From NCBI GenBank assembly GCA_002633005.1, contig NMRA01001160.1, forward strand, positions 6,115-45,900: a DNA stretch of 39,786 bases, given 5' to 3'. Below the pieces are notes generated by a model, which saw only the letters and a list, made by a program, of their open reading frames with translations, had not been told where the DNA came from and did no database searches. The DNA comes from Phoronis australis (lineage: Eukaryota; Animalia; Phoronida). Shown here piece after piece: positions 10,741 through 21,690 of the stretch. Each line of letters starts with the position of its first letter. Position 1 is the stretch's first letter. Made by a program: the position numbers and the translations under genes.

Positions 10741-13278
10741 ATGTTGGCAACCGTGCGGGCGAACGGGCTACGGGGAGGTTATACGTGTTGCGTGCCTGGC
10801 TGCTATAATAACAGTAAGCGAGATAAAGAATTTAGTTATCATCGGTTTCCCAAGGACCAAAAACTGTGCAAAAAATGGGTCAAAAACTTCGGTAGAGCTG
10901 GAAGCAAAGGGCGATTTAGTGAATTCGTTCCGACTACCGGGCATAGGGTATGCAGCGCGCATTTTGAGGGAGGGAAAAAACGTATCTTGGTAACTGTCCT
11001 ACTATATTTCCCTTGAAAGTACTCCACGGTGGAGGGTAGTGAAGAAAAACTCGATTTCGCTTCATCAGAACTCAGCTGATGTGAGCAATTTTTAGGACGA
11101 TTTTGTGTTGGTTCAAGAATGTGAAAGTCAACTGGACAGCACATCGGCTTCCGCCTACCTAGATTATGATCACAGCTACTTTTTACCGGATGACAGCGAA
11201 AGCACTTTGATAAATTGTGTAAGGAAAAAGGATGAAATTATCGAGAGCATGGGCTCAAGAATTAGTGATCTAGAGGAAGAGCTCTCAGAGGTTAAGAATG
11301 AGTGTTCTGCATATAAACAAGAGCTACTCACAACTAGAAAATTTGGTCTAGAAATGAGGAAGTGGCAAAGGAAATATCGACTGGCAAAATTGGAGTTAGA
11401 AAAGAACAAACAAAAACTACAATCCCATGTATTTGGCTTGGATGGAATAAGAAACAAACCTGGGGCAATACATTTTTACACCGGCTTCAATGATTATAAT
11501 CATTTCATGGTCTTGTACAAGTTTTTACAGGAAGACATAAAACATTTAATTTATTGGGGATCATCACTCAAGAACCCAGACAACCCTGGTCCTCGAAAAA
11601 GAGCGCTTTCACCTCAAGATGAACTGTTCATGGTTTTGTGCCGGTTGAGAGTTGGATTGCTGGAGAAAGATCTTGCATACAGGTAATTAAACGAAATATT
11701 AAATTCTAGCTCAAGGTCAATTTGATGATGCACAATATTAATTGGACATTATCATTACAGGCATATGAAAACACCTCATTTCAATTGAGTGACTTTGTAT
11801 GGAAGGCTTGGCATTCCAATTTTTTGTTATGCAGTGTCTGTTATTTTCTTGTGACACTGGCGTTACTTTTCGATACTATCACTATTGCTAAGACTTGAAC
11901 AAAGTATCTTCTTCAACCAGCTACATGTATGATTTGGTGATGTGGTGGTAATAATCTATTGGTCTATTCACACCAAATTCATAGGCCATTGACATTGCCA
12001 CAACATTTCGGCTAGTAATTTCTACAGCCATTGTCAAGTCACAGTGGCAGATCTAGGATATCATAAGGGGGGCAACATTTTGTCTGGCAAGGCAAGGTTG
12101 CATGCAAGCTTCCAGTAGGGGGCTCGAATTTCGGAGAATGTGGTCCTTTACTAACAAAAGAAAAACGGGAAACCGGACCAACTAAGCCTGCATAATTTTT
12201 TAAATCTTGTTTCAACCACATGTTTGTTACTGGGGTTCATTAATCTCAATATTTCCTCACGCTTTTGCTGTTTTTTTTTGCGGCAGCCAGGGGGGCGCCC
12301 CCCTCCCAATTCCGCCTATTAGTCAGTGTTAGTGTTCTCAGAGCAAGCATGGGTAAATGGTATCCTCAGGTGACCTATGATGACAACTTCCTGTGCAAAG
12401 TAAACATAAAAAATTACTTTTTGCTGACCATAAGTGCACCATACACCTATGCTTTTTCTTCAAAGAATGCTGCAACACCTGGACATGGCTATATTAGCAG
12501 CAAATAAATCATGTAAATATAAATTATAGTAGGCTAAATGATGATGTAAATACACTAATACATTTTTAAAACCATGTTAACTTAAAAATATTTCTTAAAA
12601 CCTTTCCAGGTTTTCTATCAACTCATCAACAGCTTCGCGTACTTGCAAGACATACTTCGATTTGCTGCACCGTCGCTTCCGTGAGATACCCATATGGTTA
12701 CCCAAAGACATTACAGGTGAGTATATGCCGGAGTGTTTCAAACAGGAATATCCCAGTACACGTGTTATTCTTGACTGCACTGAGATATATATCGAAACTC
12801 CTTCTCACTTTCGTGTACAATCAGAAACGTACAGCTCATATAAGAGCCACAACACTGCCAAAGGACTTATTGGCATTTCCCCAAATGGGTTCATCACTCA
12901 CATAAGTGTCTTGGCTCCTGGAAGGGCAACTGACAAGGAAGTCACAGAAAAAAGCGGGTTAATCGAAGGTCTCGAGTCAGGAGCCTCGGTCATGGCTGAC
13001 CGAGGTCTTTTAATCGATGAGTATTTTGCTCAAAAACAAGTAAAGCATAATATACCTCCATTCTTAAATGGCAAAGACCAGTTGTCAGTCAGCGAGGAGG
13101 ACGAAACCAGACGAATTGCCAGACTACGTATCCATGTGGAGAGGGTAATCGAAAGAATCAAGAATTACAGAATACTGCAATTTTTTTTCCTAATAGCATG
13201 GCTTCGGAACTGAACAAAATATGGGTTATATGTAGTTACCTGGTAAACTTCACAAATGAAGGGATAGTTGGTACCTGA
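10741..13278 (+). pseudogene. THAP + coiled-coil + HTH + DDE_Tnp_4 transposase, spliced and frameshifted
   Basis: THAP C2CH motif (CCVPGC...FPKD...W...VCSAHF, then CPTIFP after a frameshift in the A-run 10975-10980). Coiled coil and FYTGF...LSPQDELFMVLCRLRVG..EKDLAYR in ORF 11105-11686. GT-AG intron 11683-12609 restores DLAYR|FSINSSTASR (HTH). Catalytic motifs ILDCTE, MADRG and IHVERVI. A frameshift in the T-run 13181-13188 gives the C-terminus IWVICSYLVNF...GT* (TGA 13276-13278). The TAG at 11093-11095 is either a nonsense codon or the acceptor of a short intron 11019-11095. Start codon uncertain (10699 or 10741). Confidence 0.88.
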
Positions 13279-14506
13279 TATGGCACCTGAACTGACTATA
13301 ATGGAAAACATCGGTGTTCAACCACTCACTGACAGGTATTTTTTCACTTTTCAAAAATTAATATTAAAATCACTAAACATCCACATTTATCTACTGTAGT
13401 GTTTCTAGTACCTGTTTATGAAAACCAGTCTGTTGGTTAACTTGTGATTGGTCCATTTGCTTAAAGTGGTATTTGCATGCAAACCACTTGTCTGTAGTTC
13501 GAGTGTTAAACAGTAAACAGGCTGAAAGATGATGCAAGGAACGTCATTAGACAAAAGCTGCTTTTTATGAACCTTTGTTGTTGAGTTTATAAATGTACAT
13601 CAGAAGGGTCAATTTACAAGTTCCAGTGACAATATTGTAACGCAGGAGCATCTCAAAGTAATTTGGTTTTCGGAAAAACAATATAATTATACGTTTAATC
13701 CTGTAGGTGAACTAGATCACAAAACTTATATAAACAGAGTTAACACCACAGCATTAAGAGCAAACGGTCTGTTTATTATATACAGGTTTAACACAAATAT
13801 ATCTCATATTGCACTCAAATGTGCCTCATACCTGGCTCCCAACATGGACAAGCAGCATCAGACATAAGAATACATTAAAACACACTTCTGGGATATCGAA
13901 TTTTCAGATTATATAGATTTAAACAATCTGGCAAAATCTCTTAAATGGTATCTCATAAAACAACAGCAATACACAGCACCAAAATATACCCATATATAAG
14001 GGTGTCTATCACTGTCAAAAAGTCACAAAGCGCTGAATGAAAAGGATGGAAATCAAAATGGCTTGTCTAGTTACCAGTTTCTTTATATCCCTTACAAGTT
14101 TAACGAATACAGACGCTGGCACAGAAAAGTGACTTGAAAATGATAAATGTGATGCCGAGGTTACAACTAGCGAAAATATTCCAGTTTCCACAACATTTTG
14201 TGGAGGAAATGTGAGCTTAACTTTAAAACAAATGCAAAGTCGGAATCTGTCACATTCCCAAAGAGTCCTCATAGGGTTAACAAGACACAACCGCCGATGC
14301 GAAAAATTACAAGGCAGCAAAGTCAATAAACCCTTCAAAAAAACAAAAAGAAATGCCATGTTATTCTCAGCAAAAATACACCAGTTAATTTTCAGTGATC
14401 CTACAAGCAGTTTGACCACAAAGAAGCAGGTCCTAAAATGAATACAAAAACAATGAAATTGGAAATATGTGGCACACAAGTGCACTTGTAATACATAAGC
14501 TCAATC

Positions 14507-17500
14507 TCAACATCTGTACTTGTACTTCTCAGAGTTCGGATACAATTTTGCACCATCCCTTACTCTGTTGGTCAGCAACTCTGGCACAACACCATACTCG
14601 TAAAAATGTTTCATAAGCTTACTATCATAAAAATCTTGGTCAAAAAACCCGCTGAATGAAAATTTGACCAATGACACATGGTAACATTAAAACACTTACA
14701 TTAAAAACGACAAAGTCACACCACTTGCGACCTGTTACACCCATCTGCATCTGTATTTGAGTGTAAAAGTGATGACTGATGTTTAAATTCAATGACTTCG
14801 GGGGCTCCAATTTTTTCGTGTCAATTTCCACACCCACATGAAACCAATGCATTTCAGATGTTTGAAGGACATCACTGCTTTGTTCCTTGTCAATTAAGTA
14901 AAATGACTTTCGGCTGTCTTGCAGTAACAGTAGAGGCTTCCCAGCCTCATCATAGGGACACTTCACCTCAATGTTCCACTCTTGTCCTTCCAATGAGGCT
15001 ATCCCATCTACAGTAGCTCCAAGGAACTGGTGATCTTTACTGATGACAAAACCGCTATCTTTTATTTGGACATCTCGTCCGCCCAACTCATGCAGTGTCT
15101 GATAAACAGTCATGGCCAGCTTTTAGTATTGAACACCATGTTCACAGGCCTTTACGGTGATATGTGGCCCATACTGCATCACCTTCCTTATCATGACATC
15201 TGGAGGTGTGCTTGCCCGTTGCTTCAATATAGCACCGGCTATTGATGCTGTGATTTTGCCTAAAAAGGAATGAGACTTCTTAGTACAGAATACATTTTCC
15301 TGTTTTGAAAAACCTGGCCACTAAGTCAATTAAAATCTTTTTAAAAATTGCAACTAATTTTTGTCAAAAGAAAATGGACAAAATCATGTCACAGGTCAAC
15401 GTTCTCAGTAACTTTACAAATAGGATATTGTGCAGATTACATCCATTAGGACGCATCATGGTGTGTCACTTTAAGTCGTAATTAAGTGAAAAGTATCTGA
15501 GAACAGAATTGACCATCATGATGCAGAAATGGCAGTGTGAGCCTAAGTCATGTTCTGAGCACAAAATGGCAAGGAAATTGATTGACCATTGCCACAGGCA
15601 ATAACTAGTTACCAGTTATATTCCAAGTCCAGAAGAACAAAGTGACAGTAGCTTCATTGCAACAATTCTTTAGAATGAATTTTGCTTACTGTTAAGGCTA
15701 GTTTAAACTACCTTTAAAGCCCTTCAGATGTTTGTTATTTTAAATGTGTCGACTACCCATAAAATCTTAGCAATGACAAACAATCACCACGAAACTTGAA
15801 GAAGAGTTTTGGTGCCACAAAATTCATAACACTTTGTTACATTTTGTACTTTAATAATAACTTGATAAGACAAATGTAGGTGTAAGAATTAGAGAATTCC
15901 AACCATCAGGATTAGTGAGTCAACCTGCTTAGAGTTTATGTTACATACCTTTACGGTGTTTGAACCATTCCTCATCTTGAGATTGTCCTCTTGTGTTTCT
16001 CTCTATGTCATCAACTTCAGCTTGTGAGAGAACCTTGATCTGTGCCATGAACGATGTACATATGTCCCGAAACTCTTCACTTTCAATGTTCTCCGGCAGC
16101 AATGGAACCTGCAAAAATTTCATTAATCAACTTTGGAAACCAAGTAACGGAACAAAGCAAGTGTTTTGCTTTGTGGCACTGAACACTGATGAATAGCCAA
16201 AGTACATATACACGTACTACAAGGGCATGAGCCATTCAACTACAGTACAGAAACACGCCTACAATTCAAGCATCTATCCAAGAGAAGATTGGTTTTAAAC
16301 ACGTTGTTCTTACTTCTGAATATGGTACGACTGGTGACTCCTGTACAGTGTGGTCCATATCTTCTGGAACTGGAGTTGGGTTGGACTGCACCTCGCTTAA
16401 TTTAGCCAAGTTTGTCACCTATAAGATAAAGTGTGAAATTCGAATAAAATTTGCAGTATACGACACAGTAAGAGAATAAGAAAAATTAAAAATAATTGCA
16501 GGCGGTCTGATACACGTTGTACCAGACGTGCGCAGGCCTCGCATGTGGGCCCATTGCACTGATCATCTGGAACCACTTTTATGCTTTATTAATATATGGT
16601 CAAAACCGAGCTGAGGAGCTAGAAACCTGGCTCAAGGGTTTAGCAGTGTGGCCTGGTGGGACTTGAACCCACGACCTCGAGTAAAGAAAGCGGGCACTTA
16701 TCAACCAGGCCACACTGCCTCCTCAAGTAAGAGAACGCAAAACACAAGAATATGAAGGCCAATAAGTGAATGATAACCAAACAATAGTAAAGCAACAAAT
16801 TGTTTAGCATTATGTAGTGATGCCTCCAAACAGTTGTTAGGTGACACACTTACTCGGTCTAGCAACTTCGTCCACACTGGCTGATATGGCTCCAAATTTC
16901 TTCCCAGTTCCTGAAGTCGAGCTGTTGGTAAGGACTGTTTACTTGGAGCAAGGCACTTGTAATCTTTTCTTTTTTTGAATTTGCAATTGTTTTTTCTGAG
17001 TCCTTTCCATCCACATAGTTGACAAATACCAAGTCTGAGAATTTTTCAGACACCTTGACACAACTCTTCCTTAGGACCCATGCTCGCTCCTGGGATGTGC
17101 ACGCAATGTCCTCAGGAATAGTTGGCAACTAAATAAGAGGGTAGCAACATGCTTGCAAAAACCCTTTGCTCCAGCAACGCACTTGCATTTTGCATCGGCA
17201 CCACATCCTTGAATTTCACCAACTACGGAGTACTTTTTTGACGAGTAACTTGCGCTGACCACTCCTTTAAACTGCACGCTATCATGGTCTTGTTTTAATA
17301 GCAACTTCTCTACTTTTTGACACCTACTCATCCTGAATCCACTCTGCCGATGTTTTTCTGTCCTGCCCCCAAGATGACCATATATGAAGCTATGAGTGAA
17401 CGTAGAAGGCAGAACATCTAACATTGATGTCCATCCAGCATTAATGCTTATTCCCTCATGGAGGATGCTTGCCTTGTTTTTTGTACCCTTCGGTCGCCGG

Positions 17501-18264
17501 TTCTCATCGGGATTCACTATCTTGTTGCACCTGTCTTTATCATTGAAGTAATGATAACATCTGAAAGAGCACAACATCATTTAATTACATTTGATGAATT
17601 TGCAATCAAAATTAAGCAGATTGTTAAACCAGTATAGTTCCGTAGCATCCCTTGGTTAACACAAAAATAAAAACACAACTGTACATTCAGTTGGATAGCT
17701 TCTGACACTTCCAAATTTTCGATTGATCACCTGGGCTATAGACAATGATGCTATCCAACAGAAAATTACTTTGTGTTATTAATCAAAACTGTGAAAAAGG
17801 TACATGTATATTAAGCATTACACAGGTGGAAAGTGCCACACCCACTTCCTTCAGATACAACATAAATGTCAAAAGGAAGCTGCACTTAGAGCTATTTGAG
17901 GGCGTTGCCCCAAAATGAATAAAGTTGGAAGTTACTGTCTACGGTGGGAACACTCATTAAAATCATGTGATCATACCTCCCAGAACAGAAGTAGATCGAC
18001 GCCATTTGCAATTCTGCCATCAGTCAGAAACAAATGTTTTGTTTGATGACCATATAGTATTAAACAAAAAACAGCATGAAAACAATGACAAACCTCTCTA
18101 TCAGTGCCTGTCGTTTCAACCCAGAAACCGTAGCCCCTCGACACTGCAACCACCGTTTCAGCTCAGCGACAGTACAAACTTCAAACGTTCCCGAAATGTG
18201 TGCCCCTGGAGGCCAATCCATCACTGGATTACCAGTGGATACCACAGTTGTAGTCTGGTAAAAT
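14507..18264 (-). pseudogene. SAP + SWIM zinc finger + YqaJ-like (lambda exonuclease/PD-(D/E)xK) nuclease, multi-exon, disrupted
   Basis: Exons with GT-AG borders: ~18264-18094 (SAP-like [27 protein letters not shown]); 17560-16854 (SWIM CKCVAGAKGFCKHVATLL, then ACTSQERAW after a frameshift); 16418-16314; 16108-15949 (TRGQSQDEEWFKHRKG); 15259-14507 (KITAS, GATVDG, IEVKCPY, YTQIQMQM, WCDFVVF). Frameshifts near 17130, 15240 and 14645; in-frame TAA at 15125-15123. The 5' end is uncertain; a possible first exon ends at a donor near 19322. Confidence 0.85.
16492..16722 (-). mobile_element. tRNA-derived SINE-like element in an intron of the nuclease gene
   Basis: On - strand: A-box-like TGGCCTGGTTG and B-box GGTTCAAGTCC at tRNA spacing, followed by CCCTTGAGCCAGG, similar to the post-tRNA segment of metazoan SINEs, and an AT-rich tail. 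The 3' boundary is approximate. Confidence 0.65.
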
Positions 18265-18514
18265 CTACAATAAAGTGAAGTTCAAAATCAATCAGAAACC
18301 TATCCAATGAGAAGTGAGCAAGTAAGCATTCTCTTTTTGGACAGAGACCACTCCAACTAAAAGTAGTGTCATAAAGTTGGAGGAATATGTGAGTGGTTAA
18401 AAGTGTTCATTGTTCATCGTTGTATTCTTTGATGATGGTAAAAACGAGATACGTTATATACTAGAATATTGTAAATTAGTTAAGCATAGCGTTTCCAGTG
18501 TGAACAGGATCCTT

Positions 18515-18800
18515 CTCACCTATACATCCATGAAACCAAATGCTTTCTGCACTCGTTTTGCTGAACACAAAAAACTAGATAAAACCAATTAGTTTCATAC
18601 TTTCATTTGGTCACACCATCAATATCTACAACACTCTCCAGGAGGAACACTGGCACAAGATCAAAAAGGCCATTAACAAACAGNTTGACAGCCCGACCAT
18701 GGACAACAATTCCTTCCATTTATGACAAGGTGTTACTTCCGGTTCCACAACGGCAGGAAGATCAGTCACATGATCAAAGGCTTGAGCTGCATGATTGAAG
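18515..18800 (+). mobile_element. Degenerate 3' remnant of a Penelope-like retroelement (GIY-YIG region)
   Basis: Frameshifted pieces FCTRFAEHKK, GHTINIYNTLQEEHWHKIKKAI and IPSIYDKVLL occur in the order expected for a PLE GIY-YIG C-terminus (R..EH; GH..; E..W..RKIKEAI; P..YD..L). Confidence 0.55.
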
Positions 18801-19554
18801 CATTATACAAAATACTAGCTTATAGTCTTTTAGTAAGTAACTTTTCTCGTTTTTACCAATATGTGAATGGTTAATCAATCAATTAAAAAAACAACAACAA
18901 AGTTTAACAGTTTACATTATTTTTTATGTGTGATCTGCTTTAGTACCGCAAACATTTTTCAACCTGAACCCAATATGATTAGAGAGAAATTGAAGTTACT
19001 TGGGCTATTCTAAGTTGATGCATATGCAATCTTGAGTTTAAGCAAAATTCCAAGTACAAGCATAGCTATCCTAGGTTTATGGTTTACGATTGTTAAACTG
19101 AACGGGCCATTAGATATACCTACCAACACCCTGACCAGAGGTACAAGATCTTGTATTGTGTTTATAAAATTTCCTAACCAAGCTATTTATAACACGTTTT
19201 AGCATGATGAGTAGGATAATTTCGCCTTGTAAATCTCTTCGTAGGTCAACGACAAGAAGCACGGGAAATGTTTGAGTCTGATTCTAGTCAATGTGACTAA
19301 GCATTACATGCGTGTACATACCTCACCAGATGATATTTTCAAGCAATAAGCGAGTACCACTTCGTGCGACGTTCGATGAATCAGTACCTAGTAGCTCAGA
19401 ACTTCACGTTATCAGATTTAGAGACAGCAGCGTAGTTTAATGCACCCAAATTACACGTCGTGCAAACCAGTCGGCCCTCCTGTTTACCATCAACAATCCC
19501 AGTAGCCTTTGCGCACCCTAATTTCCGGACATGCGCAATCGTTAAATCGATTCG

Positions 19555-19568
19555 GTTGCAACTCCGCT
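19555..19568 (-). repeat. Right terminal inverted repeat
   Basis: GTTGCAACTCCGCT, exact reverse complement of 10660-10673. Confidence 0.9.
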
Positions 19569-19976
19569 ATTGAGCTGCCATCCGCATGGCTCTGGCTCAA
19601 TCATATGCGCTATATATGCCGGTCATACAGCAGCAGAAGCGTGCAGAGGCATAGTGATGCTGGGTGTAAGTTCTTTCTTCTTTTATACTCTCAAAACCGG
19701 GAATTCTTGTAAGTTCGGTCAAGCTCTTATTTTTGGTTTAAAACACAAGTTATTAAATATATTAAGTAAATACTCATTACAATACAATACAATAACTGGG
19801 ATAAAAGAGTAATCCAGTCTTCTATTTGAGCTAAAAATGCAATTCGTTGTTTCAGAATGTCATGTAACATTATCATCAACTGTCGATTCTGAGACAATTG
19901 TTCGATTATCCTCCTAAATAATGTCAAATTGCCGAAAACGGGTGAATAATCATTCAAAGTCAGGTACTGGACTTAT

Positions 19977-21404
19977 AGACCTAATTCACGCGGCGGACAT
20001 TAAAATCCAAAGGGAGGCTCACTGCGATAAACAAAGTGGAAGATGACATTGCGTGAGTTACATTGCCGGTCTTTAGAGTCTAAGCTGGATATTAAATCTT
20101 TAGAATGTGTCGATCATTAACCAGAGATGTCGAAAACTACATTAGAGAATAAGTCATTGCACCAAAGAGTTGTGTGACCAAAGTTTTTTTTTTGGAAAAC
20201 AAGGTTCGAAACATGAAAAGTAAATGTGATCAAATTGCGGCAATCACAGTGTTACGGATTAGGTATCATGCTGAATGCAGGGTTGTTACGTTTCTTCTTA
20301 TAAATTGTTGATAAAAATGCTTTCTACGCGAACCAGGTCATCTGCTCGTATTGTTGACGAGTTGAAGATATATTCGACAGTGGTGGCTCATCGCATTTTG
20401 CTGCCGTGTGCAATTAGTGTCATCTGGTTTAATTTGTTGATAAAGAATATTAACATCGAGCATATTGCTTGGGTCCTGGTGAGGTAGGGACTAACAGTTG
20501 ATTTGTCATTGATCTGAAAGAATAATTGATGTTATTAAATATATTTTCAATAAAATAAAAAACCAGGCTCGTAATTGAAAATAAAAATTATTTGACCATC
20601 AATTATTCTTACGTCTATTTCATTTGTTAGGTTTCAATTATCTTGTGGACCAAGTTGATTTTTAAAATTAAAAAACCTTATTTGTTTGTCCAGTGCATAA
20701 CCTCGTTTTAGAGCTCAGTTTCAGTTAACTGGACAGAGCAAGCATAGTTATCATGTTTCTTCATGGGCCTCACTCATCCGAGGGGAAAGGTGTCTGTGCC
20801 TTCTGAGAGGGGAATTTTTTCACCGAGCGAGGGGAAAAATCTAGGTCTTATAGGCTCTGTAGCATTTTGTGTTCTTCCAAATTGTCAGCTGTTTGTCAGC
20901 TGTGTGATTACAGGTGATTTGAACTTCGGAGAGAAATTTTCAATCACTAGGGGAATTTTTAGGCCTCCTGGGGGAATTTCCAAATTGCGCGTGATTTTTC
21001 AATATTTTTGAGAGGGGAATAGGGCCGATATTCGGCCCCAAAATCGAGGGATTGATGGCCCTTTTTGGAAAGAAAAATGCATCATGTTTCAACATATAGT
21101 CATGAAAACACAGCCTGGCTGCGACCTAAGATTCTCCGGTCGTTGCTATGAAGCTCGGCAACCAAGATGCGACAATTAAAATATGATCTAACTTTTCGAA
21201 AACATTTATCAATTTTACACGGATATATTTTCCTTTGTCGCGGTGTATGGTAACGACCCAACGCTTCCGAATCTCAATCTCCTTAGACAGTTGAGAATGC
21301 GTATTTTTTCAGAAATGCGGAATACAACTATGCCGATAAGGCAACAGAGCTATCGTAGCGAGCCTGGTTTTAGAACGCGCCTCCTGTTGGCGTGAATTAG
21401 GTCT
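19977..21404. mobile_element. Non-autonomous TIR element with AT target duplication (ISL2EU-like)
   Basis: AGACCTAATTCACGC (19977-19991) and GCGTGAATTAGGTCT (21390-21404) form a perfect 15-bp TIR, each flanked by AT; no credible ORF inside. Confidence 0.8.
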
Positions 21405-21510
21405 ATAGCTCCGTGAGTGTTTGTATACTTTTAGAAGCATACGAAGTCTGCAAAAAACATTGCTCACAACAGCTAAGCAACAAATTTCACTTACGTGACG
21501 ATAAGCTTGA

Positions 21511-21690
21511 TATCAACTGCGAGACAATGAACAACATGTGGTGCGATCGTACCAACCGAATATGATCATCCTTCATGAAGGTGGAAATGATTTAAATGCT
21601 CATCCTGCAGAGAGTATTTCACGACATTTTAGCATTGCTGAGGCTCTTCCACCAACAGGATTATTAAATGAATATCTTTCTGCGAATTAA
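21511..21690 (+). pseudogene. Second SGNH hydrolase remnant
   Basis: EQHVVRSYQPNMIILHEGGNDLNAHP aligns by eye with ELHVVSSFRPDVVILHVGGNDLSTDE of the 6744 copy. Confidence 0.6.

Larger units (their letters stand above)
10660..19568 (+). mobile_element. ISL2EU-type (PHIS / PIF-Harbinger-related) DNA transposon, two convergent genes, decayed
   Basis: Perfect TIRs AGCGGAGTTGCAAC (10660-10673) and GTTGCAACTCCGCT (19555-19568), each flanked by AT (10658-10659, 19569-19570). They enclose a THAP-DDE transposase and a YqaJ nuclease gene. AT TSD plus THAP-DDE plus YqaJ is the described ISL2EU organisation. Confidence 0.85.

Noticed and set aside
12041-12320. Possible MITE (CAGTGGCAGATCTAG...AATTCCGCCTATT) in the transposase intron; similar start near 2408
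   Set aside because: Ends are too degenerate and there is no clear TSD.
14015-14485. 156-aa ORF between the two transposon genes as a third gene
   Set aside because: No ATG start, low-complexity hydrophobic composition typical of T-rich 3' UTR, and no motifs.
16643-16718. Functional tRNA gene
   Set aside because: The anticodon arm does not form a canonical stem-loop and a SINE-like body follows; treated as tRNA-derived.
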